From an uncultured Gemmatimonadales bacterium (lineage in GTDB: Bacteria > Gemmatimonadota > Gemmatimonadetes > Gemmatimonadales > Gemmatimonadaceae), in contig CAVPQB010000006.1 of NCBI GenBank assembly GCA_963707505.1, forward strand, positions 320,001 to 384,000: a DNA stretch of 64,000 nt, read 5' to 3'. The notes beneath the pieces were generated by a model that made no database searches, was not told where the DNA came from, and saw only the letters and a list, made by a program, of their open reading frames with translations. Shown here piece by piece: positions 29,915 through 39,564 of this stretch. How positions within the stretch are numbered: position 1 is the first letter of the stretch; every line of letters starts with the position of its first letter. The position numbers were made by a program, and so were the translations under genes.

Positions 29915-32851
29915 TTACCCTTCAAAATACGGCTGCGTCGGTCCAGTTGGGCTTCGCGGATCAGGTTTGACGAGGAAGCTCTGCGTGTAGCTCTTTCCAT
30001 TCACGGTGAGCTTCGCGGTAAAGGTGCCTGAAATCGGTGTGCCGCGACGACGGAAGCCGCCACCAGCGGCTCCCGCTTCCACCTTGATCGGATCCCAGAC
30101 GACGCGGTGCATTCCAGCGGCGGTCGCAAAGGGCGCTGGCGGCTCGCGCCAGAGTGCCGACGTATTGGGAATGCCACCTGCATTTCCACGCCGTCCACCC
30201 GCTGCCGGCTCGCGTTGCGGCTCGCTCGAGAACGTGTGCAACACAGCACCCGTGGAATCGAGGATGTCGATCGTCACGGGACCGGTTGCGGCAGTCTTGA
30301 GATAGTAGTCGATGGCTGCGCCGTTCGGCGGATTCGGGGCCTGGGGCTCGTCCTTCTGCAACGGAGTGCCGTTGTCGCCGCCCTCGATCATGTTGATCGA
30401 ATCACCCGGCTTGAACAGGTACGCTTCGGCATTTCCGATCGTGTCGTTGATCTGACGCAGCGGGCTGATGTCATCGATCACCCAGAAGCCGCGGCCGTGT
30501 GTCGCTACTATGAGATCGTTCTCGTAGATCTCGAAGTCGCGCATCGATGTGACGGGAAGATTCAACTGGAACGGTTGCCAGCTCTCTCCGTCATCAAACG
30601 AGATGTGCACGCCGAGCTCGGTGCCGGCGAAGAGGAGTCCCTGGCGCTTTGGATCTTCCTTGACGCTGTGCACGTATCCATTCGCCGGAAGACCAGTCGT
30701 GATCTTCTGCCAGGTCTTGCCTGCGTCGCGCGTACGATAGATGTACGGCGTGAAATCCTGGAGCTGATGTCTGTCGACACTCGCGTACGCGACATTGAAG
30801 TCGAAGTGTGACGCTTCCATCATCGTGACGCGACTCCACGACGTCATGGCCTTGGGCGTCACATCAGTCCAGCTCTTGCCGTCGTTCATCGTGAGCTGAA
30901 TCAACCCGTCATCGGTGCCGATCCAGATCATCGGGACGAACAACGGTGACGGTGCGATCGTGTAGATGACGCCGCGTTTGTCATTACCGACGTCCGCCGC
31001 GGCCGCCGCATCGAGCGTGCGCGGCACACCGGGATCCTTGCGCGTGAGATCGGGGCTTATCTGATTCCACGTGACGGCGTTGTCTGTGGTCTTGAACAGG
31101 AACTGGTTTCCGTAGTACAGCGCGCGCGGATCTGCACGGGAGAACACCAGTGGCTGAGTCCAGTCCTTGCGCCCGGTCTCCGGTGATTTTTGCACGGTGG
31201 TGCCCGATATCATCCGGTTCTCTTCCATGTTGTAGCGCTCGCCGGTGCCACCAAAGATGATGCCTGGATGCAGCACATCACCTGCGGTGTAACCGCTCTC
31301 GCCACCGGCAGCGACGGGCTCCCAGTCACGCATCGAGATCTCGGCGAACTTGCCGCGCGACCGTACCGCGACCGCGCCACTGTCCTGCTGTGCGCCAGTG
31401 ACCCAGTACGGGAATCGATAATCGACCGACACGTGATAGATCTGCGCGACGGGCTGATTGTACCACGAGCTCCACGTCACATCGCGGGGATCTTCAGTCT
31501 TCGCGTTGCGCGTGATGATGGTGCCCTGATCGCTCGCGGAGATCATCGTATTGCTATCATCCGGCGAGACCCAGACCTGGTGATAATCATCACCACCAGG
31601 CGAGCCGCGCAGCGCAACCCAGCTCTTGCCACCGTCCATCGAGCGTGAGATCGAAACGTTCGCGACATACACTATGTCGGCGTTCTTTGGATCGACGTCG
31701 ATGTGCTCGAAGTACCAGCCGCGTCCCCAAAGCGCCTGATCCGACGACAGTCTGCTCCACGTCTCACCGCCATCATCGGATCGGAAGAAGCCGCCAAGTC
31801 CGGCTGGCGACGCGAATGGATTGGGCGGTCCCGGTGGTGGCTTGGGTGCAGACGGGTCGGGATTGAGATTGTCGATCACCGCGTAAACGCGCTGCGGGTT
31901 GGATGGACACACCGCGATTCCAGATTTGCCCATTCCTTCGTTCGGCAGGCCCTTCGTGAGCTGCTTCCACGTACTTCCACCATCGGTCGACTTGTAAATT
32001 CCGCCGCCCGGTCCGTTGCTCGGCGCGTACACGAACCAGGGTGGCCGGCGTGTGTTCCACAGGCCTGCGTACACGACGTCGGGGTTGGTCTTGTCGATCA
32101 CGACTTCGATCGCGCCGACATCTTCGTTCTTGTAGAGAACCTTTTCCCAGCTCTTGCCACCGTCTTTCGAGCGGAAGATTCCACGGTCGGGGTTGCCGGC
32201 ATAGAAGTGACCGATCGCTGCTACATAAACGATGTCAGGATTGTGCGGATGAACGGCGATCTTGCCGATGTGCTGCGTGTTCTCGAGGCCGATGTGTGTC
32301 CACGTCTTGCCGGCATCGGTCGACTTGTACATGCCGTTGCCGTATCCGGTCGAATCGCGCAATGTGCACTCGCCGCTTCCGACGTACACAACGTCAGGTG
32401 CGGATGCTGCGACCGCGATCGCCCCGATCGAGGCAACCGGTTGGGAATCGAAAACCGGCAGCCAGACTCGGCCCGCGTCGATCGTCTTCCACACGCCGCC
32501 ATTCACTGATCCGAAGTAGAACTCGTTGGGACGACCAGGCACACCAGTGACTGCATCGGTGCGACCACCACGGAATGGCCCAAGCATGCGCCAACGGAGA
32601 CCGGAGTAAAGATCGGCGTAGCTCTTCGGCGCGGGATCGGTGGTGAGCGGTCGGTGCGCTAACGAACCCTGCGCACCCGCTGTCTGCAGGAAGTGACTGA
32701 TGCCAGGAGACGCGACGGAGAGTGCCGCACCTACCTGCGTAGCTCTTACGAAGAAGCCACGGCGTGAAAGAACATGCTGGTCCGGCGGCTGCGCGCCGGC
32801 ACCTGCGAGATCAGTATCTGATTGGTCGGACGTCGAGCGCTTTTTCTTCAC
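29915..32851 (-). CDS. BNR/Asp-box (VPS10-like) beta-propeller glycosyl hydrolase, Tat-exported
   Basis: Many S.DGG.TW Asp boxes, WR.LGPFRGGR and ATHGRGFW. Twin-arginine motif SRRGFF. Confidence 0.88.
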   Translation of the reverse strand: MKKKRSTSDQSDTDLAGAGAQPPDQHVLSRRGFFVRATQVGAALSVASPGISHFLQTAGAQGSLAHRPLTTDPAPKSYADLYSGLRWRMLGPFRGGRTDAVTGVPGRPNEFYFGSVNGGVWKTIDAGRVWLPVFDSQPVASIGAIAVAASAPDVVYVGSGECTLRDSTGYGNGMYKSTDAGKTWTHIGLENTQHIGKIAVHPHNPDIVYVAAIGHFYAGNPDRGIFRSKDGGKSWEKVLYKNEDVGAIEVVIDKTNPDVVYAGLWNTRRPPWFVYAPSNGPGGGIYKSTDGGSTWKQLTKGLPNEGMGKSGIAVCPSNPQRVYAVIDNLNPDPSAPKPPPGPPNPFASPAGLGGFFRSDDGGETWSRLSSDQALWGRGWYFEHIDVDPKNADIVYVANVSISRSMDGGKSWVALRGSPGGDDYHQVWVSPDDSNTMISASDQGTIITRNAKTEDPRDVTWSSWYNQPVAQIYHVSVDYRFPYWVTGAQQDSGAVAVRSRGKFAEISMRDWEPVAAGGESGYTAGDVLHPGIIFGGTGERYNMEENRMISGTTVQKSPETGRKDWTQPLVFSRADPRALYYGNQFLFKTTDNAVTWNQISPDLTRKDPGVPRTLDAAAAADVGNDKRGVIYTIAPSPLFVPMIWIGTDDGLIQLTMNDGKSWTDVTPKAMTSWSRVTMMEASHFDFNVAYASVDRHQLQDFTPYIYRTRDAGKTWQKITTGLPANGYVHSVKEDPKRQGLLFAGTELGVHISFDDGESWQPFQLNLPVTSMRDFEIYENDLIVATHGRGFWVIDDISPLRQINDTIGNAEAYLFKPGDSINMIEGGDNGTPLQKDEPQAPNPPNGAAIDYYLKTAATGPVTIDILDSTGAVLHTFSSEPQREPAAGGRRGNAGGIPNTSALWREPPAPFATAAGMHRVVWDPIKVEAGAAGGGFRRRGTPISGTFTAKLTVNGKSYTQSFLVKPDPRSPTGPTQPYFEG

Positions 32852-32955
32852 GATCCACTCCACAGGGTGGGCTAGGGTTCAACAGAACATACGAAAAAAG
32901 TCTGTACTGCGTTCGAACCTTGGGGGAGTGGGAATGGAGCTCGAATTATTCGTAA

Positions 32956-33005
32956 GTCGTCATCCCGCCGAAGACCCGTCACCCCGCGAACGCGGGGATG
33001 ACGAG
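32956..33005. repeat. Compact family A REP hairpin
   Basis: CGTCACCCCGCGAACGCGGGGATGACG preceded by a second GTCGTCATCCCG head. Confidence 0.7.
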
Positions 33006-33011
33006 CTCGGC

Positions 33012-35342
33012 TCACCGTCCGCCAAGAGCCTGGAACAGGTAACTCAGCTTGACGAAGAATCCGTCCTGCGTGCGGCGCAGTCGCCGGAAAGCGAGCGCAT
33101 CGGGCTCGGTCATGGAGTTTCCGTAGCCGGCAAAGAACACGGTCCCGGGCGACGGCCGGTACGAGAACAGCCAGTCGGTGCGCAATCCGTTCGCGACGTT
33201 TTCGATCGACGGGATGTATGACGTGTCGTTGCGGATCAACAGAGGAAGTCCGGTGCGCGGATCCAGCAATGATGAGCGCAGGGTCGCGGTGTACTGCGTG
33301 ACGACGCGCACGAAGATCGATCGCGTAACCTGGTACTCCACCTTCACCCGCGGAATTCGCGTCGACGTCGAAAGCGCTCCATCACTGCGACGTGTGAACC
33401 TGCTGCTTACGTATGTCGCACCGATGCGCAGCTGCTGCGTCGGACGCAGATCGAGGCTCGCGTTGTAATCCAGTCGTCGAACGCGTGACGTCTCGAGAAA
33501 ATCGACGTCGTTGCCGGCGGTGACGCCGAGTGATGCATCGTATTTCGCGAACTGGGGTGTCGATATCTTGAACGCGTTTGTGAACGTGGTGATTCGTGGT
33601 GACGGCTGGAACGGGATGTTGCTTCCCTGTGTCGTGCTGACGAAATCACCGAGATATGCCGCAGGATCGAACGCATACGTCGCAATCGTCGGCGTCACGC
33701 CGAGCGACCAGCCGCCACGCAGCGTGAAGCTGGTGTTCGCGGATGCGTTGTCTTCGAGCAAGCTCTTGCCAGCAAAAAAGTCGTCGTAGCGCCAGACGGC
33801 CTTCGTCGACAAAAATACGTTGAATTTCTCGAGCAGCGCACCGGGCGGCCCGTACAGGCTCAGTCGATTGGAGATGCCTGGCGCGACGATTCCGGTGCGT
33901 GACACGAATCCGTTATCAGCTGCGAATGTCCTACCTATACCCAGAACGTTGTAGTGAAATCCGAATGCACGGCCGGTGCGATCGAGTACGAGCTCCCACA
34001 TCGGCGCCGTTTGGGTCGATCCGTTCTGTGTCGTATTGCTGACGGCGGCCTGCGCCTGCGCGTAGTACAAACGTCCGAACACGTAGTGAACGTCGCCATC
34101 GAGCACGCGATTGGATCTGCCGCCGCCGACGCGATCACTGTAAAGTATTCCGGCGGTGTTCTGCGCACCGAATCCGCTGTTGAGTCGTATGATGTCAACC
34201 AGCGGCTGATCACCAGTGGGTGTCGTGCTCGCCGCGTCCAGTGCCGAGAGCACTGCGACGTCGGTGCGGCCGAGCTTGCCGGTGAGCTTCATTGCAGCGT
34301 TGGGCTGCACGATGGTTCGTGTGTACACGAGCGTGTTGGGCACGTTGAACTGATCGCTGCCTTCGACGAAGAACGGACGCTTTTCGGGATAGAACAGTGC
34401 GAAACGCTGGTCTGCCGCGATCTGCGTTGCGTCTGCTTCGACCTGGGAAAAGTCGGGTTTCACCGTTCCATTGAGCACGAAGTTGCTGCCCATCGCCCAA
34501 CGAACGTTGCCACCCAGCTGGGGCTTGGAAGTGTACTTCCAGCCAGTGGGACCTGGACCGCAGCAGGGATCGCCCGTGACAGTATTGGTCAGCTCGGGGT
34601 TGAGTCCGACTACCTGTCCGTGATGCATGTCGTGCATCCCCACCAGCGTTCCTGCCTGATCGGCGAAGCTTGCCGCGCCGCTTCGCGCTTCAGTCCAGGT
34701 TTCCTTGTACCCGCTGTGCTGCACATTGCGCTGGATCTGAATCCCCCAGTTCTCGATCGACTTGCTGGGGTAGCGCAAGCTGCTGAATGGGATTCGGATC
34801 TCGACCTCATAACCCCAGGGCGTGACGTGCCCCTTGGATTCCCAGAGGAAGTCCGCGCTCAGGTCGATCTGTCCTGGCCCGATGTTGGAGCCAGGTATGA
34901 ATCCACCGGTTTCGTTCGTGGTGCCGTCGGCCTGCACGCCGAGCGGGTTGACGGCGAACACGAGCGAGCGATTGCGCTCATTATAGGTATCGAGGCGGAT
35001 CTCGATGTTGTCGTCCGAGCTGATGTTATCCCGGTCCGCCAGCGTCGCGCGCACCGGTCCGTGCGGCTCGTACGCGCTGATACCGAAATAGATCGCGGTC
35101 CGTGAGTACCAGACGCGCACGTCGGTAGAATCGGGTGATGGGCGCTGATCGGCTGGAGAATATTCGGAGAAGCCAGTGAGCACGGCTGCGCGGCTCCAGA
35201 CGGGCTCATCGAGATTGCCATCGACAGTTATAGTTGTATCAATGCGCGGAACCTGCGCGGTAATCTGGCCGGCGCGCCCGTTGTACACGGGGGCTGGCTG
35301 GGCCGCGGCGAGCTGAAACGCGCCTAGAAATGCCAGTATCAT
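33012..35342 (-). CDS. CBM9-like plus DUF5916 domain outer-membrane protein
   Basis: VDG.LDE..W, E.RIPFSSLRY, PDFSQVEAD, LFYPEKRPFF.EG and terminal FFVKLSYLF. Confidence 0.88.
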   Translation of the reverse strand: MILAFLGAFQLAAAQPAPVYNGRAGQITAQVPRIDTTITVDGNLDEPVWSRAAVLTGFSEYSPADQRPSPDSTDVRVWYSRTAIYFGISAYEPHGPVRATLADRDNISSDDNIEIRLDTYNERNRSLVFAVNPLGVQADGTTNETGGFIPGSNIGPGQIDLSADFLWESKGHVTPWGYEVEIRIPFSSLRYPSKSIENWGIQIQRNVQHSGYKETWTEARSGAASFADQAGTLVGMHDMHHGQVVGLNPELTNTVTGDPCCGPGPTGWKYTSKPQLGGNVRWAMGSNFVLNGTVKPDFSQVEADATQIAADQRFALFYPEKRPFFVEGSDQFNVPNTLVYTRTIVQPNAAMKLTGKLGRTDVAVLSALDAASTTPTGDQPLVDIIRLNSGFGAQNTAGILYSDRVGGGRSNRVLDGDVHYVFGRLYYAQAQAAVSNTTQNGSTQTAPMWELVLDRTGRAFGFHYNVLGIGRTFAADNGFVSRTGIVAPGISNRLSLYGPPGALLEKFNVFLSTKAVWRYDDFFAGKSLLEDNASANTSFTLRGGWSLGVTPTIATYAFDPAAYLGDFVSTTQGSNIPFQPSPRITTFTNAFKISTPQFAKYDASLGVTAGNDVDFLETSRVRRLDYNASLDLRPTQQLRIGATYVSSRFTRRSDGALSTSTRIPRVKVEYQVTRSIFVRVVTQYTATLRSSLLDPRTGLPLLIRNDTSYIPSIENVANGLRTDWLFSYRPSPGTVFFAGYGNSMTEPDALAFRRLRRTQDGFFVKLSYLFQALGGR

Positions 35343-35403
35343 GGTGCAGTAAATGTAGCGTGACACGTGGCGGCGCCCATGCAGTGTCGCACTACATTTC
35401 ATT

Positions 35404-36738
35404 ATGCGTACATCCCGATTTCGCTGTCGGCTGGCCGCGCTGCCGGTGGCTGGCGCGCTGTTTCTTACATCCTTGCCTGCCCGCGCCCAGAAGCCCGCTA
35501 CCGCTCTTACAAAGCAGGAGCGTGCAGTCGCCAGGGCCGTTGATTCACACAACGCCGCCGCACTCGCCCTGCTCGAGCGCACTGTCAACATCAACAGCGG
35601 CTCGCTCAATTTCGCCGGCGTACGCCAGGTTGGCGACATCTTCCGCGCGCAGTACGACTCACTCGGATTCACCACACGCTGGGTCGATGGCGCGGCGTTT
35701 CATCGCGCGGGGCATCTCGTTGCGGAGCATCCCGGACCGGGCCCCAAGATCCTGCTGATAGGCCATCTAGATACCGTGTTCGAGCCGAGCAGCCCATTTC
35801 AGAAGTTCACCATGGTGAACGATTCGACGGCGACAGGGCCGGGCGTCATCGATATGAAGGGTGGCGACGTCATCGCGCTATATGCACTGCGCGCGCTCAA
35901 GGACGCCGGTCTGCTTGACAAGATGAACGTGACAGTCGTGTATCACGGTGACGAGGAAGAGTCGGGCGCACCGTTGAGTCTCGCGCGCAAGACACTGATC
36001 GATGCTGCCCATGGTGCAAGCGCGGCACTCGGTTTCGAGGATGCCGCCGGCGATCCGCATACGGCTGTCATATCGCGTCGTGGAGATGACGGATGGACGC
36101 TGCGCACCACCGGAGTCCCGGCGCATTCGTCGCAGATATTCACAAACGAGGTGGGCGCGGGCGCGGTGTACGAGGCGTCGCGTATCCTGGATCAGTTCTA
36201 TCAGAAACTTTCAAAAGAGCAGTATCTCACCTTCAATCCCGGTCTCGCGCTCGGCGGCACTTCGGTAAAAGCCGATACCAGCGGCACTGAAGGGAGCGCA
36301 GCTGGCAAGAGCAATGTCGTCGCGAAGGAGATGATGGTCACCGGAGATCTGCGCACGCTGTCTCCGGAGCAGCTTGCGCACGCGCGCAAGACGATGACCG
36401 ACATTGTCGCTGATCATCTTCCGCACACGACTGCCGAGATAACGTTCGCGGACGGTTATCCGCCGATGGCACCGACCGACGGCAATCGCAAGCTGCTCGC
36501 GATGTACAGCAAGGTGAGCACGGACCTCGGCTTCTGGCCCGTCACGGCCGTTGATCCGTCACGTGCCGGCGCGGCAGACGTGTCGTTCGTCGCGAACCTC
36601 GTACCAATGGCCATCGATGGGCTTGGCCTGTCGGGACGTGACGATCACACCGAGAAGGAAACGGCTGATCTACGCATGTTGCCCGTGCAGACCAAGCGCG
36701 CGGCGGTGTTGATGTACAGGCTCAGCAACCCGAGATGA
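35404..36738 (+). CDS. M20 family peptidase (carboxypeptidase G2-like), secreted
   Basis: GHLDTVF, GPG..DMKGG, DEE.G, AHSS, GAAD and HT..E. Confidence 0.92.
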   Translation: MRTSRFRCRLAALPVAGALFLTSLPARAQKPATALTKQERAVARAVDSHNAAALALLERTVNINSGSLNFAGVRQVGDIFRAQYDSLGFTTRWVDGAAFHRAGHLVAEHPGPGPKILLIGHLDTVFEPSSPFQKFTMVNDSTATGPGVIDMKGGDVIALYALRALKDAGLLDKMNVTVVYHGDEEESGAPLSLARKTLIDAAHGASAALGFEDAAGDPHTAVISRRGDDGWTLRTTGVPAHSSQIFTNEVGAGAVYEASRILDQFYQKLSKEQYLTFNPGLALGGTSVKADTSGTEGSAAGKSNVVAKEMMVTGDLRTLSPEQLAHARKTMTDIVADHLPHTTAEITFADGYPPMAPTDGNRKLLAMYSKVSTDLGFWPVTAVDPSRAGAADVSFVANLVPMAIDGLGLSGRDDHTEKETADLRMLPVQTKRAAVLMYRLSNPR

Positions 36739-36768
36739 TGCAGTAACACAACACTCTCACGCAATACA

Positions 36769-39564
36769 ATGAACCGTAAGCCACTGGCAGCATCGACAGT
36801 CGTCGCTGTACTCGCATCTGTGATGTTCATCAGCACCCCGCTCGGGGCGCAGGTCGTTCCAAAGCCAGTGACAAAGGCGCGTGGAGATACAGTACTCAGG
36901 CAACCGTCACCGACAGGAAATGACACGAGTCACGCGCGACAGGACACAACTGCCGGAAACGTTCCTGTCGGTGATTCGCTCACGCGCTTCATCGACAAGT
37001 TTTCATTTCGGAATCTAGGGCCGGCGGCGTACAGCGGACGCGTAACGGCGATAGCGGTGCCGAAGCCATATCGCAAGACGATCTATATCGGCTCAGCCGG
37101 CGGGGGTGTGTGGAAGACATCGAACGCCGGTATAACGTGGCGTTCGATCTCCGACTCGCTCGGTAATGAGTCGATTGGCGATATCGCCATCGCGCCGTCC
37201 GACAGCAACATCATCTGGGTTGGTACGGGCGAGAAGAATTCATCGCGCTCGACGCTATGGGGCAACGGCGTACACAAGTCCACGAACGGCGGCCGTAAAT
37301 GGCAACACATGGGTCTCGCCGACACACGATCGATCGCGAAGATCATCATCAATCCGACTGACCCGAATACGGTGTACGTCGCCGCACTCGGACACCTGTG
37401 GGGACCGAACGCAGAGCGAGGCGTCTTCAAGACGACGAACGGCGGTACATCGTGGAGCAAGGTCCTGTTCGTTGATGACACCACCGGCGCAGTCGATCTC
37501 GCAATGGATCCTTCCAATCCCGAGGTGCTCTACGCAGCGATGTGGCACCGGTTACGCGAAGGCGGGTCGCACATGCAGGGAACCGGCGCCGGAAGCGGAA
37601 TCTACAAGACGGTGGATGGCGGACGCACATGGACGAAGCTCACTGGTCCCTCTCTCGCGAACGGATTGCCGACCGGCGACATCGGCCGCGCAAGCATTTC
37701 GATATCCGCGAAGCACCCGTCGACCGTATACGCGATGATCGCCGTGGATCGGGGCGTCACCAACACGTCTGCCGCGCCATTCGGTGGAGTTTTTCGATCC
37801 GACGACGCCGGCGCACACTGGACGCATGTCAACGACCTGGCCGCGAATCCACATTACTACTACGACGAGATAGTCACCGATCCGACCAACGACAGCCACG
37901 TGTACATGCTCGCGTCGCCACTCATGGTTTCCAAGGACGGCGGCCATTCATTCGAAAACGATTCGCTGTACAACGTTCACGTCGACAACCACGCGCTCTG
38001 GATAGATCCGGCCGACAGCGCCCACATGATACTCGGCAACGACGGTGGCGTGTACACCACGTTCGACGGCGGGAAGGCGTGGGGGCACGCCGCGATTCCC
38101 ATTGGCCAGTTCTACACCGTCGCTATCGATAGCGCTTCCAAACCGTATCGCATCTGCGGGGGCCTGCAGGATAACGGTGTATGGTGCGGACCGAGCAGCA
38201 CGCGCGACACGACCGGGATTACCGACGCCGACTGGTACAGTGTGAATGGCGGCGATGGAATGTGGGTACAGATCTCACGCACCAATCCCAACATCATCTA
38301 TTCGGAATCGCAATTCGGAAGCATGTCGCGCCTCGACATACGGACGTGGAAGCGCGATCACATCCAGCCGATAGCGCTCGATGCGGGCGGCGACTCCGGC
38401 TACAACTACACCTGGGGCTGGACGACGCCACTCGCGCTGTCGCAGCACGACACCGCGACGCTTTACGCCGGTGGAAACCATCTCTTCCGCATTCACGATC
38501 ACGGCGACAAGGGTATCGATTGGGAGGTGGTCGGTCCCGACATGACACGGGCCACGCGCGAACATCCCGAGGGTGAAGGACCGAATACATCCTACCACGC
38601 GTTGTTCTCCATCGCCGAGAGCCCGCGCACGCGTGACGTGATATGGACAGGCAGCGATGACGGACTCGTCTGGCTGACACGCGATTACGGCAAGACATGG
38701 ACTAACGTCACCGCCAATTTTCCCGCGCACGCGCCGACACACTGTTTCGTATCGACGATCGCCGCGAGCCATTTCGCGGAAGGCACTGCATACATGACGT
38801 ACGACTGCCACAGTCGCGACGATTACGCGCCGCATGTATACAGGACCACCAACTTCGGGAAAAGCTGGAGCTCCATCTCGTCCGGGCTGCCTGCCGACGC
38901 TGGCGGGCTCACCGTGTTCGAGGATCCGTACAACGCGCAACTGTTGTGGGTCGGAACCGAGATCGGTGTTTACGTATCCATCGACGGCGGAGTGAAGTGG
39001 CGGCGATTCGGTCACGGCCTGCCGCCGGTCGCAGTGGACAAGCTCGCGATGTCGTACGATCAGCGCGAGCTCGTGGTCGGAACGCACGGCCGAGGGGTCT
39101 GGGTAGTGAATGTCGGCCCGCTCGAGGAGATGACCGACACACTGCTGCGTGAACGCGCGCATCTGTTTCACGTTTCACCAGCCCTTCAGTTCCGGTACAC
39201 CGATACATATCCGTCGTTCGGGAGCCGACCGTTCGTGGCGCACAATCCGCCGCAAGGCGCGGCCATATCCTACTATTTACGCGATGCCCTCACAGGTCCG
39301 GTCGACCTGTACATTCTTACGGCGAAGGGTGACACGGTCCGCAAGTTGAGCGGACCGGGCTACGCTGGTCTCAACGAGGTCACCTGGAATCTCACGAGCA
39401 ACAAGGCGCGCCCACGCGCGCTTGGAGATCCGACATCACCGGCGGATCTCAAGCGCGTCGAGCCTGGCAATTACGTCGTCACGATGAAAGTCGCCGGTAG
39501 GACCTTCACGCAGGCAGTTCGCGTCGAGGAACGACCGGAAGATCTGGTGCGGTCACCGCGGTAA
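36769..39564 (+). CDS. BNR/Asp-box (VPS10-like) beta-propeller glycosyl hydrolase
   Basis: Asp-box repeats, FRNLGP...SGRV, HVD.HALWIDP, GGLQDNG and GTHGRG.W. Confidence 0.88.
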   Translation: MNRKPLAASTVVAVLASVMFISTPLGAQVVPKPVTKARGDTVLRQPSPTGNDTSHARQDTTAGNVPVGDSLTRFIDKFSFRNLGPAAYSGRVTAIAVPKPYRKTIYIGSAGGGVWKTSNAGITWRSISDSLGNESIGDIAIAPSDSNIIWVGTGEKNSSRSTLWGNGVHKSTNGGRKWQHMGLADTRSIAKIIINPTDPNTVYVAALGHLWGPNAERGVFKTTNGGTSWSKVLFVDDTTGAVDLAMDPSNPEVLYAAMWHRLREGGSHMQGTGAGSGIYKTVDGGRTWTKLTGPSLANGLPTGDIGRASISISAKHPSTVYAMIAVDRGVTNTSAAPFGGVFRSDDAGAHWTHVNDLAANPHYYYDEIVTDPTNDSHVYMLASPLMVSKDGGHSFENDSLYNVHVDNHALWIDPADSAHMILGNDGGVYTTFDGGKAWGHAAIPIGQFYTVAIDSASKPYRICGGLQDNGVWCGPSSTRDTTGITDADWYSVNGGDGMWVQISRTNPNIIYSESQFGSMSRLDIRTWKRDHIQPIALDAGGDSGYNYTWGWTTPLALSQHDTATLYAGGNHLFRIHDHGDKGIDWEVVGPDMTRATREHPEGEGPNTSYHALFSIAESPRTRDVIWTGSDDGLVWLTRDYGKTWTNVTANFPAHAPTHCFVSTIAASHFAEGTAYMTYDCHSRDDYAPHVYRTTNFGKSWSSISSGLPADAGGLTVFEDPYNAQLLWVGTEIGVYVSIDGGVKWRRFGHGLPPVAVDKLAMSYDQRELVVGTHGRGVWVVNVGPLEEMTDTLLRERAHLFHVSPALQFRYTDTYPSFGSRPFVAHNPPQGAAISYYLRDALTGPVDLYILTAKGDTVRKLSGPGYAGLNEVTWNLTSNKARPRALGDPTSPADLKRVEPGNYVVTMKVAGRTFTQAVRVEERPEDLVRSPR

